Positions 45,835 through 55,356 of a DNA stretch of 64,000 nt are shown here, piece after piece. The notes beneath the pieces were generated by a model. It saw nothing but the letters and a program-made list of their open reading frames with translations, was not told the origin of the DNA and did no database searches. The DNA comes from Akkermansia muciniphila (GTDB taxonomy: Bacteria; Verrucomicrobiota; Verrucomicrobiia; Limisphaerales; UBA9464), in NCBI GenBank assembly GCA_945861565.1, contig CAMAUY010000016.1:2556-66555 (forward strand), read 5' to 3'. A program made the position numbers and the translations under genes. How positions within the stretch are numbered: the stretch's first letter is position 1; each line of letters opens with the position of its first letter.

Positions 45835-48690
45835 ATGCCAAACGACTTTCATCCCGGCCAGCGCTGGATCAGCCAAAGTGAACCGGAACTCGGACTGGGT
45901 TCCCTTCATCGCGTCACGCCGCGAACGGTCACGATTGTCTTCAGGGCCAGCGCTGAGACCCGAGAATATGCCCTCGATAATGCCCCCCTCCGACGCGTGC
46001 GCTTTCGCGTGGGGGACACCCTCAAGAACCAGGCGGACTCGACGCTGGTCGTGCAATCGGTGATTGAGCGGGCCGGGCTTATTTTCTACCGGAGCCGACA
46101 GCAGGAATGGTGCGAAACCGAACTGAGCGACACCATCAGCTTCAACCAACCCCAGGAGCGCTTGCTCTCCGGTCAACTCGATCCGACGGAAGTCTTCGAT
46201 CTGAGAGTGGCCGCCCTGGAGCATCAGCACCGCCGATGCAAATCCAAGGTCCGCGGGTTTGTGGGGGGCCGGATTGAGCTGATTCCGCACCAGCTCTATA
46301 TCGCCTCCGAAGTGGCGGGACGACTCCTGCCCCGTGTTTTGCTCGCCGACGAAGTGGGCCTCGGCAAGACCATCGAAGCCTGCCTGGTGCTGCATCGATT
46401 GATTCTGACCGGTCGTGCGCAGCGAGTGCTCATCGTGTTGCCAGACTCGTTGGTTCACCAATGGTTCGTCGAGTTGCTGCGCCGCTTTAACCTCTGGTTT
46501 CACATTTTCGACGAGGAGCGGTGCGAGGCCATCGAAGCCGTCAATGCCGAAACCAATCCATTCCTCGACGATCAACTGGTGCTCGCCCGCCTAAGCCTGT
46601 TCACCGCCAAGGAGCAGCGGTTGCAACAAGCGGTCAGCGCCGGATGGGACCTGCTCGTCGTGGATGAAGCCCACCACCTCGGCTGGTCCCCGGAATCCGT
46701 CAGTCCGGCATACGCCGTGGTCGAGGCGTTGGGTCGGCAAACTCCCGGACTCTTGCTGCTGACCGCAACACCCGAGCAACTTGGCATGGTCAGCCATTTC
46801 GCCCGGTTGCGGTTGTTAGATCCGGATCGGTTCTATGATCTGGAGGAATTCCTGCGGGAAGCGGCGGGGTATCGGGACGTCGCGGGCCTGGCCGAAAAAC
46901 TTCTCGCCCGACATCCACTCTCGGACGGCGACGTTGCGACGCTCGCGCGGATTCTGGCGGATTCGGAGACGAACGTTCGGTCACGATTGCAGCGAATCGC
47001 ACAAGGCGCTGACGGCGTTCGCGACGAGTTGATCGCGGCGTTGCTCGATCAACACGGCACCGGTCGCCTGATGTTTCGTAACACCCGCGCAACCATCCGT
47101 GGGTTCCCCGAGCGCGTGGCCCGATTGTGTCCCTTGGTCCCGTCGGATGCCGACACGGAATGTTTCGATGCATTGGCCCAGGAATTTGCGGCCGACACCG
47201 ATTCGAAAACATCCACCCCGTTTCAACCGGATTTTTCGAAGGATGTACGGGTGGATTGGCTCGCGGATCGACTGCGACGTTTAGATCAGGAAAAGGTGTT
47301 GGTTATCGGACGCACCCAACGAAAAGTTGAGGCGATCGATGCCGCGTTGCGACAGCGGATGAACGTGAAGCAGGCGGTGTTTCACGAAGGACTTTCGCTG
47401 GTGCAACGGGATCGCAACGCCGCGTGGTTCGCGGAGGATGACGGAGCGCGCATCTTGATTTGCTCGGAGATCGGCAGTGAAGGCCGAAACTTTCAGTTCG
47501 CCCATCATCTGGTCCTGTTCGACCTCCCGCTCGATCCGGAATTGTTGGAACAACGAATCGGGCGACTCGATCGGATCGGGCAAACATCCGTCATTCAGGT
47601 GTATGTGCCGTTCGTCACCGGGAGTTCGCAGGAAGTCTTGGCGCGCTGGTATCAGGAAGGGCTGAATTCTTTCGAAAGGAATCTGCACGGCGGACATGAG
47701 TTGCTCGATCGTTTCGGCGCGCGGGTTTACGATCTGGCGCAGGACTTCCACGAAACGGAAACGACCGCGCGCGCCGAATTGGACCGTCTGATTCTTGAGA
47801 CGCAAACCGCGCGGAAAGAACTGACGCTGCGACTGGAACAAGGCCGCGACCGATTGCTCGAAATGAATTCATTTCGCCCGGAAGTCGGCGCCAGAATCGT
47901 GCAGGAGATTCGTCATCCCGATGCGGATCGTACGCTCGACACGTTTATGATCGCTGTTTTTGATCACTTCAACATCCACGTCGAAGAACTGAAACAGCGC
48001 ACCTATCAACTGGGTTCGGCGGGCGTGTTCGCAGAATCCTTTCCCGGCCTGCCGACCGCAGGACTCACGGTCACTTGCGACCGTCAGCAGGCACTGGCAC
48101 GCGAGGAGATTCAGTTTCTGACGTGGGATCATCCGCTGGTGACGGGCGCGCTTGATCTCATACTCGGATCTGAGAAAGGAAACAGTAGCTTCGCAAAATG
48201 GCCCGATGCCAGGACACCGGGATTATACGTCGAAATCATTTACGTGCTTGAATGCATTGCCCCGCCGCATCTGCACGTGGATCGCTTCCTGCCGCCGACG
48301 CCCTTGCGCGTGTTGATGGATCATCGCGGCAACGATGCAGGACGTTCCATCACGACCGAAATGCTCGCCCGTCATCTGAAAAACGGCGACCCACATTCCT
48401 TGCTCGATCAGCCGGAATTTCGCGAAGACGTTCTTCCGAACCTGATCGAAAACGCGCAGGCGATCGCGCGCCAACAGGCTTCGGGAATCATCGCCCAGGC
48501 ACGCAAGGAAATGAACGCCCAATTGAAATTTGAAATTTCCCGCCTCATGGAACTGCAAAAGGTGAATCGCAGCGTCCGCAACGAAGAGATCGATTTGCTC
48601 GTTCAGGAACAGAACGCATTGGATCATCATCTCAAAGACGCCCCCCTGCGCATCGACGCGATCCGATTGGTACAGCGCGGACCGTCGTAG
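45835..48690 (+). CDS. rapA: RNA polymerase-associated SNF2 ATPase RapA
   Basis: GQRWISQSEPELGLG, LLADEVGLGKTIEA, VDEAHH, TATP, CSEIGSEGRNFQFA and EQRIGRLDRIGQ. Confidence 0.95.
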   Translation: MPNDFHPGQRWISQSEPELGLGSLHRVTPRTVTIVFRASAETREYALDNAPLRRVRFRVGDTLKNQADSTLVVQSVIERAGLIFYRSRQQEWCETELSDTISFNQPQERLLSGQLDPTEVFDLRVAALEHQHRRCKSKVRGFVGGRIELIPHQLYIASEVAGRLLPRVLLADEVGLGKTIEACLVLHRLILTGRAQRVLIVLPDSLVHQWFVELLRRFNLWFHIFDEERCEAIEAVNAETNPFLDDQLVLARLSLFTAKEQRLQQAVSAGWDLLVVDEAHHLGWSPESVSPAYAVVEALGRQTPGLLLLTATPEQLGMVSHFARLRLLDPDRFYDLEEFLREAAGYRDVAGLAEKLLARHPLSDGDVATLARILADSETNVRSRLQRIAQGADGVRDELIAALLDQHGTGRLMFRNTRATIRGFPERVARLCPLVPSDADTECFDALAQEFAADTDSKTSTPFQPDFSKDVRVDWLADRLRRLDQEKVLVIGRTQRKVEAIDAALRQRMNVKQAVFHEGLSLVQRDRNAAWFAEDDGARILICSEIGSEGRNFQFAHHLVLFDLPLDPELLEQRIGRLDRIGQTSVIQVYVPFVTGSSQEVLARWYQEGLNSFERNLHGGHELLDRFGARVYDLAQDFHETETTARAELDRLILETQTARKELTLRLEQGRDRLLEMNSFRPEVGARIVQEIRHPDADRTLDTFMIAVFDHFNIHVEELKQRTYQLGSAGVFAESFPGLPTAGLTVTCDRQQALAREEIQFLTWDHPLVTGALDLILGSEKGNSSFAKWPDARTPGLYVEIIYVLECIAPPHLHVDRFLPPTPLRVLMDHRGNDAGRSITTEMLARHLKNGDPHSLLDQPEFREDVLPNLIENAQAIARQQASGIIAQARKEMNAQLKFEISRLMELQKVNRSVRNEEIDLLVQEQNALDHHLKDAPLRIDAIRLVQRGPS

Positions 48691-48758
48691 CACCGAATCA
48701 AGGACACTGAATGGAAAAACCGTTGTCACCCGTCCTCGGAGGCAGACACTCTTCCTCG

Positions 48759-50498
48759 ATGAAGTCGCCGCAACACTGCGTCTTTCAGGACCGTGCAGCG
48801 TCAAAACGCAGATGGCTGCCATGGGCGCGTAAGGTCACAAAGACCAGCGTTCTCCCGCTCGTTCTCGCATGCGCCGTGCCGTTTGCGTTTGCGCAAGTTC
48901 CCGCTGCCATCTCCCCGGCGAGTATTCTTGCCCGAACTAAGGTGCTAGCCTCGGATGAATTTGAAGGTCGCGCCCCCGGTTCTCCAGGCGAAGAAAAGAC
49001 CGTTGCCTACCTTGTCCGCGAGTTCAAGAGGTTGGGGCTGCAGCCGGGCAATCCGGACGGCACCTACCTCCAAGATGTCCCGCTGGTCGGCATCACCTCG
49101 CACTCGACGCTCTCGTTCGACATCAACGGCAAGACCGTTCCGATGGCCTCCATCAATGATTTTGTCGGCCCAACCAGTCGAGTGTCACCCCACGTGGCGG
49201 CGAAAGACAGCGACGTCTTCTTCTTGGGCTATGGCGTCATCGCGCCCGAATTCAATTGGGACGACTTCAAAGGCGTCGACGTTCGCGGCAAGACCGTCGT
49301 CATGCTCGTCAACGACCCCCCTGTGAACGACCCACAAACCGGTCAGCTTGATCCGAAGATTTTCGGCGGCAAAGCCATGACCTACTACGGCCGCTGGACC
49401 TACAAATACGAAATCGCCGCCTCTCACGGTGCTGCCGCCTGCCTCATCGTCCACGAGACCGGTCCCGCCGCTTACCCGTTCGCGGTCATCATCGGCAGTC
49501 GGAGCCGGGAAAATTTTGAACTCCACACACCCGATGGCAACCGAGACCATTTGGCAATGGAAGGATGGCTTACACTCGAAGCCGCCACCCGACTCTTCGC
49601 GGCCTGCGGCCAGGATTTCGCGACGCTCAAGAAAGCCGCCCTCAGCCGCGATTTCAAGCCAGTCCCGCTCGGTGCCAAGGCGTCATTCACCATCGATAGC
49701 GAGCTCCGGAACGTCGACTCGAAGAACGTCGTCGCCCGACTTCCGGGCTCCGATCCCAAACTCCGTGACGAGCATGTGGTCTACACTGCGCACTGGGATC
49801 ACCTCGGTCGAAACCCAAAACTTGAGGGTGACCAGATTTACAACGGCGCTGCGGACAACGCCGCCGGCGTCGCCGTGATGCTCGAATTAGCCCAAGCGTT
49901 CCGCGCGTTGCCTTCCGCGCAACAACCCAAACGCAGCATCCTCTTCCTCTCGGTCACCGCCGAAGAAAAAGGTTTACTCGGATCGCGGTTCTATGCGCAG
50001 CGCCCGCTTTATCCGCTCACTAAGACGCTGGCCAATATCAACATGGATGGCGCTAATCCATTCGGACCCACCCGCGACATGGCTACCATCGGCTTCGGGG
50101 CATCGACGCTGGATGACGTCGGCACGGCCGTCGCCGTTGGCCAGGGTCGGACGATGGCACCGGAAACTCATCCCGAGAACGGCTACTACTACCGCAGCGA
50201 CCATTTTGAATTCGCGAAGGTCGGCGTACCCGCCTACTACGCGAAATCAGGCACCCACTTCATCGGAAAACACCCCGACTTCGGCGAAAAACTGATTCAG
50301 GACTACATTGCGAAAGACTACCACAAGGTCACCGATGAAGTGCGCCCCGACTGGACTTTCGAGGGCGCGGCGCAGGACACCGAGTTCCTGCTGCAAGTTG
50401 GGCTCCGCGTCGCCAATGGCGACACTTGGCCCGAATGGCGGCCCGGCAATGAGTTCAAGGCTCGGCGCGACGCGATGATGAATTCCGCGAAACAGTGA
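48759..50498 (+). CDS. M28 family aminopeptidase with a PA domain
   Basis: LASDEFEGR, TAHWDHLG, GAADNAAG, TAEEKGLLGS, RSDH and DYH motifs. The exact start is uncertain. Confidence 0.9.
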   Translation: MKSPQHCVFQDRAASKRRWLPWARKVTKTSVLPLVLACAVPFAFAQVPAAISPASILARTKVLASDEFEGRAPGSPGEEKTVAYLVREFKRLGLQPGNPDGTYLQDVPLVGITSHSTLSFDINGKTVPMASINDFVGPTSRVSPHVAAKDSDVFFLGYGVIAPEFNWDDFKGVDVRGKTVVMLVNDPPVNDPQTGQLDPKIFGGKAMTYYGRWTYKYEIAASHGAAACLIVHETGPAAYPFAVIIGSRSRENFELHTPDGNRDHLAMEGWLTLEAATRLFAACGQDFATLKKAALSRDFKPVPLGAKASFTIDSELRNVDSKNVVARLPGSDPKLRDEHVVYTAHWDHLGRNPKLEGDQIYNGAADNAAGVAVMLELAQAFRALPSAQQPKRSILFLSVTAEEKGLLGSRFYAQRPLYPLTKTLANINMDGANPFGPTRDMATIGFGASTLDDVGTAVAVGQGRTMAPETHPENGYYYRSDHFEFAKVGVPAYYAKSGTHFIGKHPDFGEKLIQDYIAKDYHKVTDEVRPDWTFEGAAQDTEFLLQVGLRVANGDTWPEWRPGNEFKARRDAMMNSAKQ

Positions 50499-50552
50499 GG
50501 GTTCACGGCTTCCTGATGGTAACAGTTCATATGAGTGCGGCTCTGGAAGCGC

Positions 50553-52946
50553 TTACGGTTTCGCGGCGTCGAGTACGCCCCGAACCTCGGGCGGCATTTC
50601 GGTAGCCGCGAATGCCGCCCGAGCCGCGGAGGGATTGGATTTCATCCAACGCCCGCCAACGTGAATTATCGCCTGGGTACGCTCCCGGGGATCGGTCAAC
50701 GCTGAAGCCCATTGCCACGCCCACTGCGGTGCGCGTTCGGCCGCCTTGTCGACAATCGGTTGGAGGGCCTGGAACCGCGCGTTGTCGACAGGTAGCGTGA
50801 GAAACCAGGCCGCAGCCGCCTCCGGATCGTTTTGCGCCCAGGTACTCGCGATCATTGGCGTTGCCGCCGTGCGCACATCGCCGGTCGGAAACTCGGCCAG
50901 CCAGGCCGTTGCTCGCTGCGGGTCGGATTTGGCGATCACGCCAAGTACTTTTTCAACCGTCCGCGCCTGTTCTCCCGGGTCTGTGAGATGCGTCGCGTAG
51001 TTCGCAGCTGCGGTCGGATCGGCCTCCGCCCAATGCCCAACCGCAGTCGCCATTCCATCCCGTCGAACTTCGCCGGCTGGGAGGGTTTCAATCCACGCCA
51101 GAGCTACCTTCGGGTCCTGCTGGCTCCAATGCTGCGCGACAGACTTCAGCGCCTGATCTTTACCGTCTCCCGGTGGCAGTTCCTGTACCCAGTTCGCGGC
51201 GGTTTGCGAGCCTTCACCCGCAGCGATGCGCACCACGTTGTCGAGAATATCTCGCCGAGCCTCTCCGTCCGGTTGGCTCACGAAAAACTCCAGTGCCGCC
51301 TTGGGATCGCTCACGGACCACGATTTAGCGACCGACGTAAGCGCCCTGTTCTTGACGGTCCCATCGGGAAGCCCGCTCGCGAATTCCACCGCGCCCGGCA
51401 TATCAGAAATGGCCCATCGCATCACGATGTTGTCGATCCACGCGACCTGGCGATTCTGTGAGGGGAGCGACAGCAGCAAACGCGCGGCCGAACGGGGATC
51501 ACGTTCTGCCAGCGACTCCATGGTGTCTCGCGAAATCGCTTCCGAAAGAGTGCTTATGGGTTGCTGCTCGAGCCAGGCGATCGCCGCGTCGGGATCGCGC
51601 TCTTGCCAGGCCCGGAAGACCGTCCCAAGAGCGTTCTTCTGCACACTGGCGGGCAGTTGTAAAACCTTTTGAATTGTGCCAGCCGGATCGGTCTCTGCCT
51701 CGGCATTCAACAGTTGGCTCAGCGCTCGATCACGGGCGGGTCCGGCCGGAAGTCCTTCGACCCAGGCACTCGCAGCGATCGGATCCAAGCGGCCCCAGTG
51801 CGCTGCGAGAAACCCTCCCACCTCCACGCGGTCCTCGGGAGACGCCTCGGAAGCGAGATATCGTGCGGCCAGAGCCGGGTCCTGCGCAACCGCAGCGCGT
51901 ACAAATTGCGCGAGGCTCTTTCGACGAATCTCGCCGGCGGGTTGTGTTTGAAGCCATTGCTCGGCGGCAATCAGATCCTGGCGACACCACGCTTGGAAGG
52001 CGTCGCTCAACGCACTATGAGTGATGTCACCCGTGCCCAACTTCAACGCCAGCTTCATCGCGCGCGCGGGATCTGTCGCTGATATGGCTTTGGATGCCTG
52101 AGCGAGACTTACCTTGCGCTCGAATTCGGATGGCAGCGATTCACACCACGCCACTGCAGCATCGGCATCGTTGCGGATCCATTCCGCGAGCACGCCCTCG
52201 AGGGCGCCGATTCGCTGTCGAAGCGGCGATCCGGCAAGTTCCTGCATCGCTGCAACTGGGTCCGTCCGGGCCAGGCTAACGAGGGTTTCGTGAACGAGGT
52301 CGTCGAAACGACTGATCTTGAGGGCACAAATTTCCCGCAGAGCCCGCACGGGATCGGACTGAGCAAGGACCTGCAGCACGGAACGAATGAGTGCGAGTCG
52401 ATCATCGGTCTGAGGACGAGCCTTGGCGGATTCGAGGGCGGCAGCAGGTTCGAGAGCGGCCCAGGCGGCATAGACCGCTCGCAAGGCATTTGCGCGGTCG
52501 CGATAGCTGGGCAGCGACCCGGCGTGGCCCAATGCCGCGGCAAGATCCTCGCGGGCCCAGCGTTTACGGAGCGCTTCGTCTAAGAGATTGAAAGTTTGGT
52601 TGTCGAGGGCACCGCGAGCCAGGACCAGAGCTCCTGGAAACGCAATGAGGGGAAGGCGCGCGACCAATTCACGAATGGCATCGCTTCGGGAATTCATCCC
52701 AAGTCGCAGGAGTTTCCGAAACTCACCCGGCAAGTCCGACACGGTCAGCATTCCGGCGGTTGATGCCTGGATGATACTCGCGCCTATTTGGTTTGAACCG
52801 GTTCCCACGCCGAAAGAGGGTGAAGCCGGAGCCTGTTCAATTCCAGGCGTAGCGTTGAGCGCATGCTTGCTTTGGAATCCTGCCAGGTAACCCACGGCAG
52901 CGCCTGCGACGAACAAGCAGAGCGCTGCAACGTGCTGGGATTTCAT
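50553..52946 (-). CDS. Membrane-anchored alpha-solenoid repeat protein (DPxAAxxW repeats)
   Basis: N-terminal TM followed by many approximately 31-aa W.xxDP.AA..W...LP.G..R repeats. Confidence 0.8.
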   Translation of the reverse strand: MKSQHVAALCLFVAGAAVGYLAGFQSKHALNATPGIEQAPASPSFGVGTGSNQIGASIIQASTAGMLTVSDLPGEFRKLLRLGMNSRSDAIRELVARLPLIAFPGALVLARGALDNQTFNLLDEALRKRWAREDLAAALGHAGSLPSYRDRANALRAVYAAWAALEPAAALESAKARPQTDDRLALIRSVLQVLAQSDPVRALREICALKISRFDDLVHETLVSLARTDPVAAMQELAGSPLRQRIGALEGVLAEWIRNDADAAVAWCESLPSEFERKVSLAQASKAISATDPARAMKLALKLGTGDITHSALSDAFQAWCRQDLIAAEQWLQTQPAGEIRRKSLAQFVRAAVAQDPALAARYLASEASPEDRVEVGGFLAAHWGRLDPIAASAWVEGLPAGPARDRALSQLLNAEAETDPAGTIQKVLQLPASVQKNALGTVFRAWQERDPDAAIAWLEQQPISTLSEAISRDTMESLAERDPRSAARLLLSLPSQNRQVAWIDNIVMRWAISDMPGAVEFASGLPDGTVKNRALTSVAKSWSVSDPKAALEFFVSQPDGEARRDILDNVVRIAAGEGSQTAANWVQELPPGDGKDQALKSVAQHWSQQDPKVALAWIETLPAGEVRRDGMATAVGHWAEADPTAAANYATHLTDPGEQARTVEKVLGVIAKSDPQRATAWLAEFPTGDVRTAATPMIASTWAQNDPEAAAAWFLTLPVDNARFQALQPIVDKAAERAPQWAWQWASALTDPRERTQAIIHVGGRWMKSNPSAARAAFAATEMPPEVRGVLDAAKP

Positions 52947-53098
52947 GTGGTTTTCAGCCCCAAGGCGGTAAGCAACGTCTTGGGCAAACGAACCCCTTGA
53001 CTGTTTCCCCACGCTTGTAGCGTTGTTGTCCTGGGGCAAAAAGGTATAGCCGTCCACTAAACGTGGCAAGGCTTCGTCGCACTCGGTTCCTGGAACCG

Positions 53099-53184
53099 GT
53101 GCCTCCCGATGTTGTCGGTGCTCGAAACCCGCATGGATCGGGGCATCTCCATTTTTCATTTTCACCAACAACGTCGGGATGCAC
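53099..53184. mobile_element. Family B element, short variant with a different interior
   Basis: GTGCCTCCCGATGTTGTCGGTG ... CACCAACAACGTCGGGATGCAC; same termini as 29246 and 54419. Confidence 0.7.
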
Positions 53185-53218
53185 GGATTGTTCAGTCCAT
53201 TCTACCGTTTTTTATGCC

Positions 53219-53300
53219 GGGCCTTCAGCCCTTACGATGCTTTGGTGTCCGTTTCCTGGGGCGTTGCCCCAGGCTGAGATGAGGACGCACCTTCGGTGCT
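53219..53300. repeat. Three-hairpin REP-like element
   Basis: GGGCCTTCAGCCC, CCTGGGGCGTTGCCCCAGG and GCACCTTCGGTGC in series. Confidence 0.6.
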
Positions 53301-53416
53301 GGACCATTCGGAAGTGCTCGTTTTGGAGGCTATATCTCCGCCAGAGTTCGGTTCCGGGACAGACACCCAGGCGAGCGCAATTGAAACGCCAACTCTGCCG
53401 GCGCGGAAGGAGGCGG

Positions 53417-54364
53417 CTACTTGAGCATTTCACGCTCTTTTTCTGCAATGTTCCGTTCGATGCGTCTGCGGACCTCGAGATAGACGTCATTGGTCACTCC
53501 GGTGAGCAGATCCCGAGCCTCCTGAAATCGCTTTTCGCGGAGCTTCCAGCGAGCGACGTGAATCTTAACACCCTGATCCTCGATGGGGCCGCCCACAAGT
53601 TTCCAGGCATTGGTCCACGCCCCCAGCGCCTGCTGGGTCAAACGGTTTTCCGCCAACCGCTTCCCTTCCTCGTTCGTCGCCAGGGCCGGTTTGATGCCGT
53701 AGTACGTTTGTGCGATGTCACTCGCCAGGATAAAATTGGTCGAATCCAATTCCATCGCGTGTGCGTATAGATCGAGAGCCTTGGCGAAAACTCCCTGTTC
53801 ATTGGTGTGGTATCGCTCCTGGGCATCCTTGCGAAACAGGAATACGACGGTGCCAAGAGTGTGCCAGTATTGAGATTCCTTGGGATTCAGTGCGATGGCC
53901 TTTTCATAGTAGGGAAATGCCTTCTCAATGGGACCTTTGTGCGCAAAGTGCCCGGCCAAGTTGTTCCATGCGGCGGGATTTGACGGGTCCAGCTCCCGTG
54001 CTTTTTCCCAATGTTCCACCATGCCATCTTCTTCTCCCATGTCGCCGAGAAAACTGCCGTACGCTAAGTGTGCAGGCGCATTCGTTGGCTCCCTCTTCAG
54101 AAACTCCTCGTACCCGCTGCGGACCGCTCTCAACCGGTCGTCGATCTTTTTCTGCAACGTCACCTTCAAAGGTGCCGTTTCAGGATTGACGGGGTGATTG
54201 GCTTCCTCGCTCCATTTCTCCACGTCCTCGCGAGCCTGGTCATCTTCATCCATCAGTTTTTGCAGCGCCGGGGACACGGCGGGATTGCGAGGCGGCGCCT
54301 CCTCCGCTCGAACGACCCAGCCGGAAAGCAGCCCGACGGCCACGACAACGAGAAGAATGCGCAT
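53417..54364 (-). CDS. Secreted tetratricopeptide repeat protein
   Basis: Signal peptide; TPR motifs AHLAYGSFL, WEKARELDPSNPAAWNNLA and YEKAIALNP. Confidence 0.85.
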   Translation of the reverse strand: MRILLVVVAVGLLSGWVVRAEEAPPRNPAVSPALQKLMDEDDQAREDVEKWSEEANHPVNPETAPLKVTLQKKIDDRLRAVRSGYEEFLKREPTNAPAHLAYGSFLGDMGEEDGMVEHWEKARELDPSNPAAWNNLAGHFAHKGPIEKAFPYYEKAIALNPKESQYWHTLGTVVFLFRKDAQERYHTNEQGVFAKALDLYAHAMELDSTNFILASDIAQTYYGIKPALATNEEGKRLAENRLTQQALGAWTNAWKLVGGPIEDQGVKIHVARWKLREKRFQEARDLLTGVTNDVYLEVRRRIERNIAEKEREMLK

Positions 54365-54418
54365 GCCGAGAAGCTGCCCCTGAATTGAACGGATTTCAAC
54401 GGTGACGTCAGAGCGCGC

Positions 54419-54577
54419 ACGCATCCCGAAGTTGTTGGAGACGGTAGCAGACGCCGCGCTGCGGCGTCCCCGCGCCGTTCAGGCCCGGCACGAACCGCGC
54501 TGCGGCCCTGTCCGCCCGCTTGACGCCGGCGGGGTTGTCGCAGCGCGACAACCTCTACCAACAATTTCGGGATGCAC
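54419..54577. mobile_element. Family B MITE/REPIN-like element (inverted copy of 29246-29406)
   Basis: GCATCCCGAAGTTGTTGG ... CCAACAATTTCGGGATGCAC, with hairpins GACGCCGCGCTGCGGCGTC and GGTTGTCGCAGCGCGACAACC. Confidence 0.8.
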
Positions 54578-54685
54578 CGCAGTGCTTGCCAGCGTGATGT
54601 TGACCATTGCAACCCAAACGTGCCGGATTCAACCTCTCCGCCGTGTCGACGGACCCACCCGTTGGGTCCGCTGAAACAAATCCTG

Positions 54686-55315
54686 ATGAAAGCTCGTTTT
54701 CTTTATTTCGTGCTAGGCGTTGCCTGTTCGCGACTGATCGGGGCCGAAACACCCCCTGTTTCCCCGCCATCCCCAGGGACATCCACCCTATCGGCTCCGG
54801 CGGCTCCGGGGTCTCCGCCCGCGCCGCCTTCCGCCAAACCCCTGCCGCCCCTCCGCCCAAACCTATGGCCGGGTGCCCCCAACCTGACGGAATCACAGCG
54901 TGCGGCAGTTCGATCCGCGCGCGAGGAAAACCTCAAGGTGAGCGCGCCGATTCGCGAAAAACTGTCCCGCGCTCGGAAGGACCTCGAGGACTACCTGTTC
55001 TCGCCGACGGCCGATTCCGCTGGAGTAAAAGCCAAGGTATCTGCAATTGGGCAATACGAGGCGGAGCTTGCGGAGCATCGCCTCGCCTTCATTGCTCGGC
55101 TGCGGCCCGTATTGAATGCGGAGCAATTGGCGAGGCTTCGCAATAACCGTGGCGAATGGGCTGAACGGATGACGGGAACTCCCCCAGCGGGTACCAATGC
55201 CGCCAGTGGCCCAACCCCTCGCCCGCCCCGCCTTCACACGATTGGGGCCCCTCCGCTCACGCCTCCCCCAGCGTCAGCACCCACGGTACCGACGGTGCCT
55301 CCGGCTCCAAAATAG
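54686..55315 (+). CDS. Spy/CpxP-like periplasmic protein with Pro-rich flanks
   Basis: Signal peptide and LTxxQ-type motifs NLTESQ and VLNAEQ. Confidence 0.75.
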   Translation: MKARFLYFVLGVACSRLIGAETPPVSPPSPGTSTLSAPAAPGSPPAPPSAKPLPPLRPNLWPGAPNLTESQRAAVRSAREENLKVSAPIREKLSRARKDLEDYLFSPTADSAGVKAKVSAIGQYEAELAEHRLAFIARLRPVLNAEQLARLRNNRGEWAERMTGTPPAGTNAASGPTPRPPRLHTIGAPPLTPPPASAPTVPTVPPAPK

Positions 55316-55356
55316 CCGACACTTTGGCCGCGGCAGAGCCGGCACGTCCCCGCTCC

